From assembly GCA_963803435.1 (NCBI GenBank), contig CAWDML010000001.1, positions 1,952,001 through 2,016,000 on the forward strand: a DNA stretch of 64,000 bases, read 5' to 3'. Both the position numbers and the translations under genes were made by a program. Positions 16,271 to 26,516 of this stretch are shown one piece after another (positions within the stretch are counted from its first letter, which is position 1; each line of letters opens with the position of its first letter). The stretch comes from an uncultured delta proteobacterium. GTDB lineage: Bacteria; Myxococcota; Kuafuiibacteriia; Kuafuiibacteriales; Kuafuiibacteriaceae. Under the pieces are notes generated by a model, which saw only the letters and a program-made list of their open reading frames with translations, did not search any database and was not told the origin of the DNA.

Positions 16271-16494
16271 GATCCTTCGCGTCGTCTCCGGGAAGGGCGG
16301 GACGCTCCTCGATCAGCGCTTCACGTTCGAGGCCTCACCCCCGCCGAGCCCCCTCTCCACGATCCGCTCGGCGCTTTCCGGCGCACGTGCGCTTCTGCCC
16401 CTGACCTTGCGGGCAGTTGAGGGCTTTTGCATACTCGCTCGGCTTGGAGGTCCAGCCGATCAGGGAGCGCGCGCGGCCCTCGGAGAAGCGCGCG

Positions 16495-17367
16495 GTGGAG
16501 CCGATCGATCTGACGATCCTGATCCCCGCGTTCAACGAGGAGGGCGCGATCGCCCTCGAGATCGATCACATCCACTCGGTCATGCGGGACAGCGGTCTCT
16601 GCTACGAGCTGATCGTGGTGGACGACGGCTCCCAGGACCAGACGGCGCGGATCGCCGAGACCAAGGAGTGCCGCGTGATCCGGCAGCCGCGGAACTTCGG
16701 CTATGGCGCCTCGCTGAAGCGCGGCTTCCGCGAGGCCAAGTCGGAGCTGGTGGTCATCACCGACGCCGACGGCACCTACCCCGCCGAGGACATCCCGCGC
16801 CTGATGAGCGAGGCCCGCCACTTCGACATGGTGGTGGGCGCGCGCGTGGGCGAGAACGTCAACATCCCGCTGGTGCGCCGCCCGCCCAAGTGGTTCCTGC
16901 GGATGCTGGCCTCCTATCTCGCCGGCGTGACCATCCCGGACCTGAACTCGGGCCTCCGCGTGATCCGCCGGTCGCACGTGCGGCGCTTCGCCCACATCCT
17001 GCCCTCGGGCTTCTCGTTCACCACCACCATCACCCTCGCGTGCCTCTGCAACGAGCTCACCGTCGGCTACGTCCCCATCGACTACAAGAAGCGGATCGGC
17101 GCCTCCAAGATCCGCTGGTCCCACGCCTATCACTTCCTGATGCTGATCCTGCGGGTGACCGTGCTGTTCAACCCGCTGAAGGTCTTCCTTCCCATGGGCT
17201 TGATCGTGTTCCTGGTCGGCCTGGGGAAGTTCGGCTACGACGTCACCAAGGAGAACCTCTCCGAGAGCGCGGTCATGTGCATCCTGGGCGGGGTGATCAT
17301 CTGGGCCGTCGGTCTGCTCGCCGATCAGAACTCGAAGCTCTCCCTCGACCGCGAGACCTGGGAGTGA
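16495..17367 (+). CDS. GT2 glycosyltransferase, polyprenyl-phosphate sugar synthase (DPM1-like)
   Basis: ILIPAFNEE, VVDDGS.D.T, GYGA, TDADG, DLNSG; two C-terminal TMs. Confidence 0.92.
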   Translation: MEPIDLTILIPAFNEEGAIALEIDHIHSVMRDSGLCYELIVVDDGSQDQTARIAETKECRVIRQPRNFGYGASLKRGFREAKSELVVITDADGTYPAEDIPRLMSEARHFDMVVGARVGENVNIPLVRRPPKWFLRMLASYLAGVTIPDLNSGLRVIRRSHVRRFAHILPSGFSFTTTITLACLCNELTVGYVPIDYKKRIGASKIRWSHAYHFLMLILRVTVLFNPLKVFLPMGLIVFLVGLGKFGYDVTKENLSESAVMCILGGVIIWAVGLLADQNSKLSLDRETWE

Positions 17368-18314
17368 AGACCAAGCCGCTCAAGGCGCTCCTCCGGCTGG
17401 TGCTGAGCCTGGCCGTGCTGGCGATCGTCTTCGAGATCGTCGGGGGCGAGCGGATCCTGGAGGCCCTGCGCTCGGTGCGGTGGCTCCCCTGGCTCTCGGC
17501 GCTCTGCGGCTTCCTGGTCCTCCACCTGGCCAGCGCGATCAAGTGGCGCTACTTCCTCAGCCTGTCGGGTGCACAGATCCCCCTGAAGCCGACGTTCCGC
17601 TGCTACAGCGCCGGCCTCTTCGGCAACCTCTGCCTGCCCTCGCTGGTGGGCGGCGACGTCCTGCGCGCCGGGCTCGCCATGCGCCACACCAAGGAGAAGG
17701 AGGCCGTGGTCCTTTCGACGGTCATCGAGCGCCTCTCCGACGTGGCCGCGCTGGGCGTGCTCACGCTCTTCGGGATGATCGCGCTGCCCTCGGCGGTCGG
17801 CGAGCTGCACGCCGGCGCCGTCGACGGCTTCGTGGTGTTCGGGCTGCTGCTCGCGGGCGCCGTGATCGCCGGGTTCGGCGGCTGGTACCTGATGACCAAG
17901 GTGCCGCTCCGCAGGATGCCCAAGAAGCTCGCCAAGTTCTTCATCAAGGCGCTGCGGGCCTTCCGCACCGTGAAAGATCGGCCGCTCCGGCTCCTGCTGG
18001 GCGCGGCGATCTGCGTCGCGCTCCAGGCCGGCTTCGTCCTCATCAACGTCGGCCTCGGCGACATGATGGGCATGGACCTCGACCTCCGGCTCTGGTTCCT
18101 CCTCTGGCCGCTGTCGAAGATCGCCTCGATGCTCCCGGTCAGCCTCGGCGGGCTCGGCGTCCGCGAGGCGACGTTCGGGCTCCTGGTGAAGCCGTTCCTC
18201 GACAGCCGCCTGGCCGTGGCCGAGTCGCTGATCTGGCAGACCGTCCTCATCACCGGCGGCCTGATCGCCGGCGCGTACTGGCTCGCCTCGGGGACCCGGG
18301 ATGAAGCCCGCTGA
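17364..18314 (+). CDS. Lysylphosphatidylglycerol-synthase TM / UPF0104 flippase-like membrane protein
   Basis: GTGA overlap; motifs KW, LPS.VGGDV.R, ERL.D, LPVS.GGLGVRE. Confidence 0.85.
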   Translation: MKTKPLKALLRLVLSLAVLAIVFEIVGGERILEALRSVRWLPWLSALCGFLVLHLASAIKWRYFLSLSGAQIPLKPTFRCYSAGLFGNLCLPSLVGGDVLRAGLAMRHTKEKEAVVLSTVIERLSDVAALGVLTLFGMIALPSAVGELHAGAVDGFVVFGLLLAGAVIAGFGGWYLMTKVPLRRMPKKLAKFFIKALRAFRTVKDRPLRLLLGAAICVALQAGFVLINVGLGDMMGMDLDLRLWFLLWPLSKIASMLPVSLGGLGVREATFGLLVKPFLDSRLAVAESLIWQTVLITGGLIAGAYWLASGTRDEAR

Positions 18315-19737
18315 GCGCCTGCCCCCCGCGGTCTTCGCGGCCTTCGTGGCGGTCGCGCTGGCCCTCCGGCTCCCGCGCCTCGACACCGGCCTCTGGTACG
18401 ACGAGATCTGGACGCTGGTGGACTTCGGCGGGCTCCCGTTCGGCACGCTCCTGACCACCTACGGCTCGGACAACAACCACCCGCTGTTCACGATCCTGGC
18501 CTGGATCTCGATCCACGTTTTCGGCCCCTCGACCTGGGCGCTCCGGCTCCCCGCGCTGGTGTTCGGCGTCGCGAGCGTGGCGATGCTCCTCCGCCTGGCG
18601 AGCCGCCTCGCGCCGCGCGGGGAGGCCCTGGCCGCCACCGCGCTCCTGACGGTCTCCTATCACCACGTCTGGTTCAGCCAGAACGCCCGCGGCTACACGG
18701 CGCTCCTGTTCTTCAGCCTGGCGGCCACCGACGGCCTGGTGCGCCTCCTCGAGGGCGACCGTCGCGCCTTCATCCCGTACGGCGTCTCGATCGCGCTCGC
18801 CACCTACACGCACATGACCGGCGTCTTCGTGGCCATGGCCCACGGGATCGTGCTCCTGATGCTCCTCGCCAGACGGGAGCCGGCCGCGCGACCGCTGCTG
18901 TACGGCCTGGCGGCGGGCACCATCGGATCGCTGCTCCTGCACGCCCCCATCCTGCGGGAGATGATCGAGTTCCTCTTCCTCCGGCGGCCGCAGATCAACG
19001 TGAAGTCGGAGTGGGTCAGCCCCTGGTGGACGATCCGCGCGGTCGCGCTCAGCCTGGGCGCCGGCTTGATCCCGGGCATGATCGCGCTGGCCGGCGGTGC
19101 GGCCGTCCTGATCGCGGGTGTTGCCGGCTGGTGGCGGGCGAACGCGCGGCTGACGGTCGCGTTCCTCGCGCCCGGGATGATCGGCGCTGCCGTCATGGTG
19201 GGGTTGGGGCGCAACCTGTGGCCCCGATTCTTCTTCTTCCTGGCCGGCTTCCTCCTGCTGATCATCGTGCGCGGCCTGTCGATCCTGGCCCGACTCCTGG
19301 CCCGCTTCGCCCCGTTCGATCTGCGGAGGCCGGCGGACCGCGCGCTCTTCTCGGCCGGCGTTACGGTCATGCTGCTCGGGTTCCTGGCGATCCTCCCGCG
19401 GGCCTATCTGCCCAAGCAGGACTTCGTCGGGGCGCGGGCGTACGTCGATCAGGTGCGGCAGCCCGGGCAGGTGATCATGACCGCCGGGTTGACCGACCTG
19501 CCGTACCAGCGGTGGTTGAAGACGAGCTACGTCTCGATCGACTCGGTGACGGCGCTCGATCGCGCGCTGTCCGGCACGGCGGGCGGCTACCTGCTCAGCA
19601 CGCTCCCGACCTACCTCGAGTCGCGGCTCCCGGAGCTGGCGGCCGAGGTCAGCCGGCGCGGAACCGAGGTCAAGCGCTTCCCGGGCACGCTGGGCGGCGG
19701 CGACGTCGTGGTCATCCGCTTCCAAGCGACGCCTTGA
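18301..19737 (+). CDS. GT-C glycosyltransferase (PMT_2/ArnT-like)
   Basis: LWYDE after first TM, NHPL, LRLPA, SQNARGY, many TMs, C-terminal soluble domain. Confidence 0.85.
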   Translation: MKPAERLPPAVFAAFVAVALALRLPRLDTGLWYDEIWTLVDFGGLPFGTLLTTYGSDNNHPLFTILAWISIHVFGPSTWALRLPALVFGVASVAMLLRLASRLAPRGEALAATALLTVSYHHVWFSQNARGYTALLFFSLAATDGLVRLLEGDRRAFIPYGVSIALATYTHMTGVFVAMAHGIVLLMLLARREPAARPLLYGLAAGTIGSLLLHAPILREMIEFLFLRRPQINVKSEWVSPWWTIRAVALSLGAGLIPGMIALAGGAAVLIAGVAGWWRANARLTVAFLAPGMIGAAVMVGLGRNLWPRFFFFLAGFLLLIIVRGLSILARLLARFAPFDLRRPADRALFSAGVTVMLLGFLAILPRAYLPKQDFVGARAYVDQVRQPGQVIMTAGLTDLPYQRWLKTSYVSIDSVTALDRALSGTAGGYLLSTLPTYLESRLPELAAEVSRRGTEVKRFPGTLGGGDVVVIRFQATP

Positions 19738-19756
19738 CTTGCTACGTTCTCCGCCG

Positions 19757-20699
19757 GTGTTGACCTCGAAGCGTGTCCTGGTGACCGGCGGTGCGGGCTT
19801 TCTGGGCTCGCACCTCTGCGAGCGGCTCCTCCACGACGGTCACGACGTGGTCTGCGCCGACAACTATTTCACGGGGCGCAAGTCGAACATCGTGCACCTG
19901 ATGAACCACCCGATGTTCGAGGTCCTGCGGCACGACATCACGTTCCCGCTCTACGTCGAGGTGGACGACATCTACAACATGGCCTGCCCGGCCTCGCCGG
20001 TTCACTACCAGTACGATCCGGTGGCGACGACCAAGACCAGCGTCCACGGCGCCATCAACATGCTGGGCCTGGCCAAGCGGACCGGCGCGAAGATCTTCCA
20101 GGCCTCCACCAGCGAGGTCTACGGCGATCCCGAGGTGCACCCGCAGGTCGAGGAGTACCGTGGCAGCGCGAACCCCATCGGCCCGCGCGCCTGCTACGAC
20201 GAGGGCAAGCGCTGCGCCGAGACGCTCTTCTTCGACTACCTGCGCCAGCACAAGGTCCGCATCAAGGTGGCGCGCATCTTCAACACCTACGGCCCCCGGA
20301 TGCACCCGCAGGACGGGCGCGTGGTGTCGAACTTCATCATGCAGGCGCTGGCCGGCCAGCCGATCACGATCTACGGCGAGGGCAACCAGACCCGCTCGTT
20401 CTGCTACGTCGACGATCTGATCGAGGGCATCGTGCGCTTCATGGGCGAGGCCGACGAGACGACCGGCCCGCTCAACCTCGGCAACCCGCACGAGATCACG
20501 ATCCGGGAGCTGGCGGAGACGATCATCCGTCTGACGGGGTCGAGATCGAAGCTCGATCTTCGCTCCGCTGCCCGAGGACGATCCCGTCCGCCGGTGCCCG
20601 GACATCTCGAGGGCGCGCGCCACGCTGGCCTGGGAGCCGAAGGTTCGACTGGAGGAAGGCCTCGAGCGGACGATCGCGTTCTTCCGGACGATCGCGTGA
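19757..20699 (+). CDS. uxs: UDP-glucuronate decarboxylase (UDP-xylose synthase); +1 frameshift near 20555
   Basis: [43 protein letters not shown]; tail PLPEDDP.RR.PDI..WEP..LEEGL in +1 frame. Confidence 0.92.
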
Positions 20700-20776
20700 C
20701 CGCCGGCGCGATCACCCCCCGCGGCCCTGGCTCGGGTCGTACCCGATCCCGATCGTGTGGGCCGCAAACGACACGA

Positions 20777-21331
20777 TCAGTCGTCGAGCAGGAACGTTTC
20801 CGCGCGCGCCAGCGCGGCGGTGTCGGCGAGGACGTCCTTCGGGCGGTTGCCGAAGCCCAGCAGGCTGCCGGCCCACCTCATGTCGAGGTATTCGGCGGAG
20901 AGGCGGAGCGTCGCGAGGAGCGGCTCGGCGAGGCGATGGTCCTCGTCGGAGAGCGCGGTGATGTTGCGAAGGCTCTTGCCGGCCATCCGCGCCTTGAAGT
21001 CGACCTCGGTCGATCGGAGCCAGGCGCTCCAGTAGTCGAGGTAGAGCTTCGCCGCGGCGGGGAGGCTGTACCAGTACACCGGCGCGACGAACACCAGGTC
21101 GGTGGCGGCGAGCGTCGCGCGGAAGAGGACGCGCTCGGGACCGGTCGGGGCGGGGAACGGGACGCCCGCATGGCGGAGATCCTCGAACGGCGGGAGCGGG
21201 TGCTCGCTGAGGCGGAGCCACACCTGAGACGTCGTCTCCGGGAGCGCAGCCGCCGCCCGGCGGGCCAGCGTCTCGCTGTTGCCGTCGCGGCGGGCGCTCG
21301 CCAGCAGGAACAGGAAGGCACGCGCGGTCAT
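20777..21331 (-). CDS. Flavodoxin-like NAD(P)H-dependent oxidoreductase
   Basis: [19 protein letters not shown]...K.YLD. Confidence 0.85.
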   Translation of the reverse strand: MTARAFLFLLASARRDGNSETLARRAAAALPETTSQVWLRLSEHPLPPFEDLRHAGVPFPAPTGPERVLFRATLAATDLVFVAPVYWYSLPAAAKLYLDYWSAWLRSTEVDFKARMAGKSLRNITALSDEDHRLAEPLLATLRLSAEYLDMRWAGSLLGFGNRPKDVLADTAALARAETFLLDD

Positions 21332-21435
21332 GGGACCTGGAATATCACGCCGTCACCCACTTGCGGGGCAGAGTCTCCGTGGTGCACACGGATCGTCTCG
21401 ACCTTTCGCCCTGCAGACCGAGCTGGTCGTCGCAC

Positions 21436-22650
21436 TCAGAACGTCACGGGTCCCGGCTCCGCGCGGGAGAACAGCGATCCGTCCCCGAGCTGGCCGGCGT
21501 CGTTGTTGCCGAAGCAGAGCACCGCACCCGCCGAGAGCACGCAGGTGTGGGCGCCCCCGGCCACGACGTGCTCGACGCTGCCGGCGTCGACCTCGACAGG
21601 CGTCGTCGTCTGGCTGGTGATGTCGGGACCGATGCGTCCGTCCGAAGCGGAGCCCCAGCAGAACAGGCGATGGTCGGCGGTCCGGGCGCAGGCGTGGATG
21701 TCGCCGGCGGCGAGCTCGACGATCTCCGGGAGGCCGTCCACGTCGACGGGCGCGTCGCTCAAATCCTCCACCTCGGCGCCGAGCTGGCCCACGTAGTTGG
21801 AGCCCCAACACGAGACCCGGCCGCCGCTCCGGAGCGCGCAGCCGTAGCTCTCGCCGGCGACCACGTCGACCGCGTCCTCGATGCCGAGGACCGTCTGGGG
21901 CTCCGGAGTCGAACCGCGCTGGCTGAGTCCGGCGCCCAGCTGGCCGGACGCGTTGCTGCCCCAGCAGAGAATCCGGCCGCCGGTGAGCGCACAAGAGTGA
22001 TCGCTGCCGGTGGCGACCTTCTCGGCGCCGGTGATCCCCGGGATCAGGACGGGGGTGCGGCGCCAGTCCTCGGACAGCTCGGCGAGCTCGCCGTTGTTGT
22101 TCTCGCCCCAGCAGACGACCTGCTGCGAGGCGAGGACGGCGCAGTAGTGATAGTGGCCGCCGGTGATCGCGACGCCGTCCGACATCCCGTGCATGCACTT
22201 CGGAACGTCGGAGGAGACCGGATCGAGGAGGTCGAAGCCGTAGGGCCCGATCATGCCCCAGCAGGCCGCGACGCCGCCGGCGCGAAGGGCGCAGCTGCGC
22301 TCGGTACCGATCGCAATGTCGATGGCGTCGTCCAGCCCGCGGACGCCCACGGGCGTGGCGCGCTTGTTGTCGCGCGTGCCGTCGCCGACGCTGCCGAGTC
22401 GATTGTCGCCCCAGCACTCGACGGCGCCGGAGGCGAACAGCGCGCACGTGTGGCGATCGCCCGCGGCGAGCTTTACCACGCCCCCGCTGGCGGCCCCTGG
22501 CTCGCCGGTGAGGCCGAGGTAGCACGGGCCGCTCTCGCCGGGATCATTCGGATCGTTCATGCCGGGGGGCAGCGTGCCGATCGTCTTCGGGCGCTCGCTG
22601 CAGGCCAGGGCGAGCGGGAGGAACAGAGACAACTGCACGGAGATCTTCAT
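21436..22650 (-). CDS. RCC1/BLIP-II repeat beta-propeller lipoprotein
   Basis: Lipobox ALAC; seven repeats AG..H.CA....G.V.CWG.N..GQLG. Confidence 0.9.
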   Translation of the reverse strand: MKISVQLSLFLPLALACSERPKTIGTLPPGMNDPNDPGESGPCYLGLTGEPGAASGGVVKLAAGDRHTCALFASGAVECWGDNRLGSVGDGTRDNKRATPVGVRGLDDAIDIAIGTERSCALRAGGVAACWGMIGPYGFDLLDPVSSDVPKCMHGMSDGVAITGGHYHYCAVLASQQVVCWGENNNGELAELSEDWRRTPVLIPGITGAEKVATGSDHSCALTGGRILCWGSNASGQLGAGLSQRGSTPEPQTVLGIEDAVDVVAGESYGCALRSGGRVSCWGSNYVGQLGAEVEDLSDAPVDVDGLPEIVELAAGDIHACARTADHRLFCWGSASDGRIGPDITSQTTTPVEVDAGSVEHVVAGGAHTCVLSAGAVLCFGNNDAGQLGDGSLFSRAEPGPVTF

Positions 22651-23300
22651 CGTCGTCCTTCGTGCCCGGGGAGGCACTGATTCATCACGCGATCTGCTTG
22701 CGGCGAGCGGGGGTAGCGCTTCAGGAAGGCGCGCGCGAGGGCTGCCGCGGCGGAGCGTCCGGCGCGGCACGACGCCAGCGCCTCGAGGGCGTCGCGCTCC
22801 TCGACCAGCGGGGAGCCGGGGAACTTCTTCCGGTGGGCCTCGATCCGCCGGAGCGCGTCGTCGGCGGCGCCCTGGGAGAACGCGACCTGCGCCTGGCGAA
22901 GCTCCGCGATCTGGACCGCGAGGCTCGCGCGCCGTCCCCGGCGCGGGTGGCGCCGGCGGGGCTCGACCTGAGGTGGCGGCGGCGGCTCGGGCGCGACCGG
23001 CGGCGGTGGAGGCCCGATCGCCTCGACGATCGGCGGCGGGGGCGGAGGAGGCGGCGCCTCGATCGTGGGCCGAGTCGCCAGGTAGGCGGCGGTCAACAGG
23101 CCGCCCGCACCGCCGATCAGGCCGGCGATCCACGCGATCGGGAGCGACGCTCCAGGCGGCGGCAGGTCGATCGGCGGGGGGAGCCCGGCGGCGAGGCTGG
23201 CCTCGAGCGCGGCCCAGGTCGAGGTCTTCGCGGCGGGGGGAGCCGCGTGCATCACCGACTTCTCGGCGGCGATCAGCGTGTCGAGGAGGTCGTTCATCAC
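22647..23300 (-). CDS. Putative anti-sigma factor (N-terminal domain, TM, Pro linker, TPR-like C-terminus)
   Basis: Coupled to ECF stop; FPGS.L.EER.AL..LA.C..GR, FL.RYP.SP. Confidence 0.7.
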   Translation of the reverse strand: MMNDLLDTLIAAEKSVMHAAPPAAKTSTWAALEASLAAGLPPPIDLPPPGASLPIAWIAGLIGGAGGLLTAAYLATRPTIEAPPPPPPPPIVEAIGPPPPPVAPEPPPPPQVEPRRRHPRRGRRASLAVQIAELRQAQVAFSQGAADDALRRIEAHRKKFPGSPLVEERDALEALASCRAGRSAAAALARAFLKRYPRSPQADRVMNQCLPGHEGRR

Positions 23301-23863
23301 CGCTCCCCCTCGGCCCGGATGCGGGCGGCGGCGGCGGTCAGCTTCTCGCGCGCCGCCCGGATCCGCGAGTAGATGGTGGCCTCCTTGATCCCGAAGGCCT
23401 CACCGATCTCGCGCGCGGTCATGCCCTCGAGCTCCGACAGGATGAAGGCGATCCGCTTGTCCTCGTCGAGCTGCCCGAGCAAGCGGTGGAGGAGCTGCGC
23501 GGCCTCCCGCTGCGCGTGTGTGTCGACCGCAGGCTCGCGTGAGGCTTCGCCGGCGACGGCCTCGACGCGCCGGAGGTGGCGCGCGCGATCGCGCCGCTGT
23601 CGCTGGACGACCCGAACCGCGATCGCGAAGAGCCAGGTCTTGATCGAGGCGCGGCCCTCGAACTCGTCGAGCCGGCGCGCCACCACCAGGAAGACGTCGT
23701 GGGCGGCGTCGGCGGCGGCGCTCTCGTGCGCCCCGAGGCGCAGCACGCTCCGCCAGACGAAGTCGTAGTGCTCCTGATAGACGCGGCGGAGCGCCTCGCT
23801 CGCGCCCGGCGCCCGCGTCTCGGCGGCCTCCCTGATGCTGGCGAAGGCGAGCACGGCGCACAC
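23297..23863 (-). CDS. ECF RNA polymerase sigma factor
   Basis: FVWR...RLG, D.A.DVFLV, FEGR.S..TWLF.IA; region 4 L.ELEGMT..EI..A.GI...T..SR...AR. Confidence 0.93.
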   Translation of the reverse strand: MCAVLAFASIREAAETRAPGASEALRRVYQEHYDFVWRSVLRLGAHESAAADAAHDVFLVVARRLDEFEGRASIKTWLFAIAVRVVQRQRRDRARHLRRVEAVAGEASREPAVDTHAQREAAQLLHRLLGQLDEDKRIAFILSELEGMTAREIGEAFGIKEATIYSRIRAAREKLTAAAARIRAEGER

Positions 23864-23896
23864 GTCCCTTGGTGCCCACCTTGGCCAAATTCCATC

Positions 23897-24847
23897 TCAA
23901 AAGAATCGGACTTCGATCCCGAGCAAACCCCGCCCCCCGAAGCGCGCCGGCCGGTGCACCTCCCCGAATCCCATGACCTCGTAACTGGGCCGGACAAGAG
24001 AGAAAAACGCCTCTCCCGAGGCGCGGATCGCCACGAGCTCGACCGGCGCCCAGGCGATCCCGGCGGAGAGGATCGCCGCCGCCCACAGGCTTCGACCCGC
24101 CGACTCGTCAGCGAGCGCGACCGGATCCGCCCGGAGCTGGCCCAGATCGAGGCCGGCGCAGATCGAGGCCTCCACCGCCCACGGATACGTGGGACAGGCG
24201 CGACCGCCCACCGCGATCAGCGAGACGTCCGCGCCCGACTCGGGCTGCGCGGCGAACCGCACCGAGCGCTCGAACCAGTAGCCCCCGATCGCCTCGAGCC
24301 GGAGGTAGCGCCACAGGAGCGCGCCGGCCACCAGCACGCCGGCGCCCGACGTCGGTCGCACGCCGGTCTCGTACGCACCGAGCGCAGACAACCCGAGCCG
24401 GGGCCAAGGGATCCCGAACGGCAGCCCTGTCGTCTCGCCCGGCGGTCTCGGCGTGATCGGGGGCGGCGGCGACTCCACCGGCGGCGGCGGCGAGGGTGGA
24501 GGAGGAGGCGCCGGTGGCGGCGCTGGCGGAGGCGGCGGGGGCTCGAGCGCCGACGGATCGATCGCAAGCGCCACGATCAGCGCGGCGGCGTCCGCGAGCG
24601 CTCGACACGAGACGTCGTCCAGGCGCCGCGAGAAGGGACCGCCCGAGCCATCGCCGGTGATCTGGAGGACGAACCGATCCGCTTCGCGCGTCACCACGGC
24701 GTGGACGTCAACCCATCTTGCAAACGGTCGATCGAGCGATCGCCCCAGCAGCGACTCCACGTCCGCACGAATCGCGCTCTCCTTCGGACACTCCGGCGGG
24801 GCCGCCCACGAAAGCGCGACGCCGAGCGCGATCAATCCAAAGGCCAC
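23897..24847 (-). CDS. Exported protein with Pro linker and probable C-terminal outer-membrane beta-barrel
   Basis: Signal-like start; CP...C..LA.AAALIVALAIDP; poly-Pro; amphipathic strands ending GIEVRFF. Confidence 0.65.
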   Translation of the reverse strand: MAFGLIALGVALSWAAPPECPKESAIRADVESLLGRSLDRPFARWVDVHAVVTREADRFVLQITGDGSGGPFSRRLDDVSCRALADAAALIVALAIDPSALEPPPPPPAPPPAPPPPPSPPPPVESPPPPITPRPPGETTGLPFGIPWPRLGLSALGAYETGVRPTSGAGVLVAGALLWRYLRLEAIGGYWFERSVRFAAQPESGADVSLIAVGGRACPTYPWAVEASICAGLDLGQLRADPVALADESAGRSLWAAAILSAGIAWAPVELVAIRASGEAFFSLVRPSYEVMGFGEVHRPARFGGRGLLGIEVRFF

Positions 24848-24951
24848 GGGTGCGCAGGTTAAGGTCGCTACCGGGATTTGGGTAGAGTGATCGCCCGCGC
24901 GGACGCATCCTCCTCGCCTTGACGTTCGAGGCCCGTGGCCACGCTCTGGGC

Positions 24952-25488
24952 ATGAAAGGGATCAAGCGTTTACTTCCGTTCCGTCGCAACGAGCGAGACC
25001 TGCCGGTAAAACGCGCGGAGGAGGGCGAGCATCATCCGCTGGTGCAGATGCGTCAGGAGATGGATCAGATGTTCGACCGCTTCTTGCGTAACCCATTCGG
25101 CAGCGATCTCCTGTTCGGCGACGTCGACCGCTGGTTCGGAGACTTCAGCCCGAACCGATTCGTACCGAGCGTCGACATCTCCGACGAGAAGAAGAATCTG
25201 CGCATCACCATGGAGCTTCCCGGCTTGGGCCGTGACGACATCGAGCTCGAGATCGCGCCCGATCACGTGCGCGTCCATGGGGAGAAGAAGACCGAGGAGA
25301 CGTCCGACGAGGGCGGCTACTACCGCACGGAGCGGGCGTACGGCAGCTTCGAGCGCGTCATCCCGCTGCCGGTCGATGTCGACGCGGATCGCGCGGAGGC
25401 GTCGTTCGAATCCGGGGTCCTCTCGGTGAAGCTCCCCAAGGTCGGGGGCGCTCCGGAGGCGCGGCGCATCCCCATCCGGGGCACTTGA
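24952..25488 (+). CDS. Hsp20/alpha-crystallin small heat shock protein
   Basis: PSVDI, ELPG, ER.YGSF.R.I.LP, A.F..GVL.V.LPK. Confidence 0.92.
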   Translation: MKGIKRLLPFRRNERDLPVKRAEEGEHHPLVQMRQEMDQMFDRFLRNPFGSDLLFGDVDRWFGDFSPNRFVPSVDISDEKKNLRITMELPGLGRDDIELEIAPDHVRVHGEKKTEETSDEGGYYRTERAYGSFERVIPLPVDVDADRAEASFESGVLSVKLPKVGGAPEARRIPIRGT

Positions 25489-25562
25489 CGCGCTGGGCGA
25501 CGAGCTTAATCGGTGGGGCGAGCGGCGCGCCCGCCGCCACCAACAACTGAGGAGGATCGACC

Positions 25563-25985
25563 ATGCTGACGCGCTGGTTCGAGGCGCCCGCGATTCCGCG
25601 GGACCTGCTGCAGACCTTTTTCGATGACACCCCCTTCCGTCTGGACCGCCGCATCGCTCATGCTGCGCCGCGGTTCAACGTCTCCGATCTGGAGAACGAA
25701 GTGCTCATCCGAGCCGAGCTTCCCGGCCTCACCGAGAAGGAGCTCTCGATCACCGTGGAGAACGACCGGCTCACCGTACGCGGCGAGCGCGCGCTCGACA
25801 TTCCGGAGGGCTACCGCGTTCAGAAGCGCGAGCGCCCTCCGCTGAAGTTCAGCCAGACGTTCACGTTCTCCAACAAGATGAACCTCGAAGCGACCGAGGC
25901 GAAGCTCGAGAACGGAGTCCTCACGGTCCGGATCCCGAAGCGTCCCGAAGCTCAGCCCCGCGAGATTCCAGTCAAGGCTTCCTGA
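25563..25985 (+). CDS. Hsp20/alpha-crystallin small heat shock protein
   Basis: AELPG, L.V.GER, A.L.NGVL.V.IPK..E..PR.I.V; SD GAGGAGG. Confidence 0.92.
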   Translation: MLTRWFEAPAIPRDLLQTFFDDTPFRLDRRIAHAAPRFNVSDLENEVLIRAELPGLTEKELSITVENDRLTVRGERALDIPEGYRVQKRERPPLKFSQTFTFSNKMNLEATEAKLENGVLTVRIPKRPEAQPREIPVKAS

Positions 25986-25996
25986 GGAGGTATGTC

Positions 25997-26335
25997 ATGA
26001 TGAACGAGAAGGAAACGACGACGGAGAGATCGTGGGCCAGCGCTGCCATCGACGTCCTCGAGGGTACGGACGAGTACCTGGTGGTGGCGGACGTTCCCGG
26101 CGTGAAGCAGGACGACGTCACGATCCAGTACGAGGACGGTGAGCTCCGGCTCGAGGCCCACAGGGCGGGGGTGCCGGACGAGAGCTGGGCCACGGACCTC
26201 CGGCGCGTGCTCGCCGTGGGACGGGACGTGGACGTCGACCGGATCAGCGCCGAGCTCGACAACGGGGTACTGCGCGTGCGGCTCCCCAAGAGCGAGACTG
26301 CCAAGCCCCGGCAGATCCCGATCGCCGTCCCGTAA
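25997..26335 (+). CDS. Short Hsp20 family protein
   Basis: ADVPGV, I.AEL.NGVL.V.LPK.E..KPR.I.I; SD GAGGAGG. Confidence 0.88.
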   Translation: MMNEKETTTERSWASAAIDVLEGTDEYLVVADVPGVKQDDVTIQYEDGELRLEAHRAGVPDESWATDLRRVLAVGRDVDVDRISAELDNGVLRVRLPKSETAKPRQIPIAVP

Positions 26336-26516
26336 CCTGCGACCCATCGTCGCACGCCGAGCAGCGCTGATCCGCCACATGTTCTGGAGCACGAGCAGGA
26401 ATCGATTGAGCCCGCTGGATTGTGCAACATCCGCACCCGCCTTCATCGTGCACGCAACGAGCGCCTGAATCCTCCGATATTGCCGAACGAAAGCAACCAC
26501 CCGGAGGAAGTTAGTC

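Noticed and set aside
19739-21796. 685-aa Uxs fusion protein
   Set aside because: Read-through artefact of the frameshift at ~20555; the true C-terminus ends at 20699
24470-24545. GGC/CCG-rich tracts (also ~22960-23050 and ~32885-32910)
   Set aside because: Encode ordinary poly-Pro linkers
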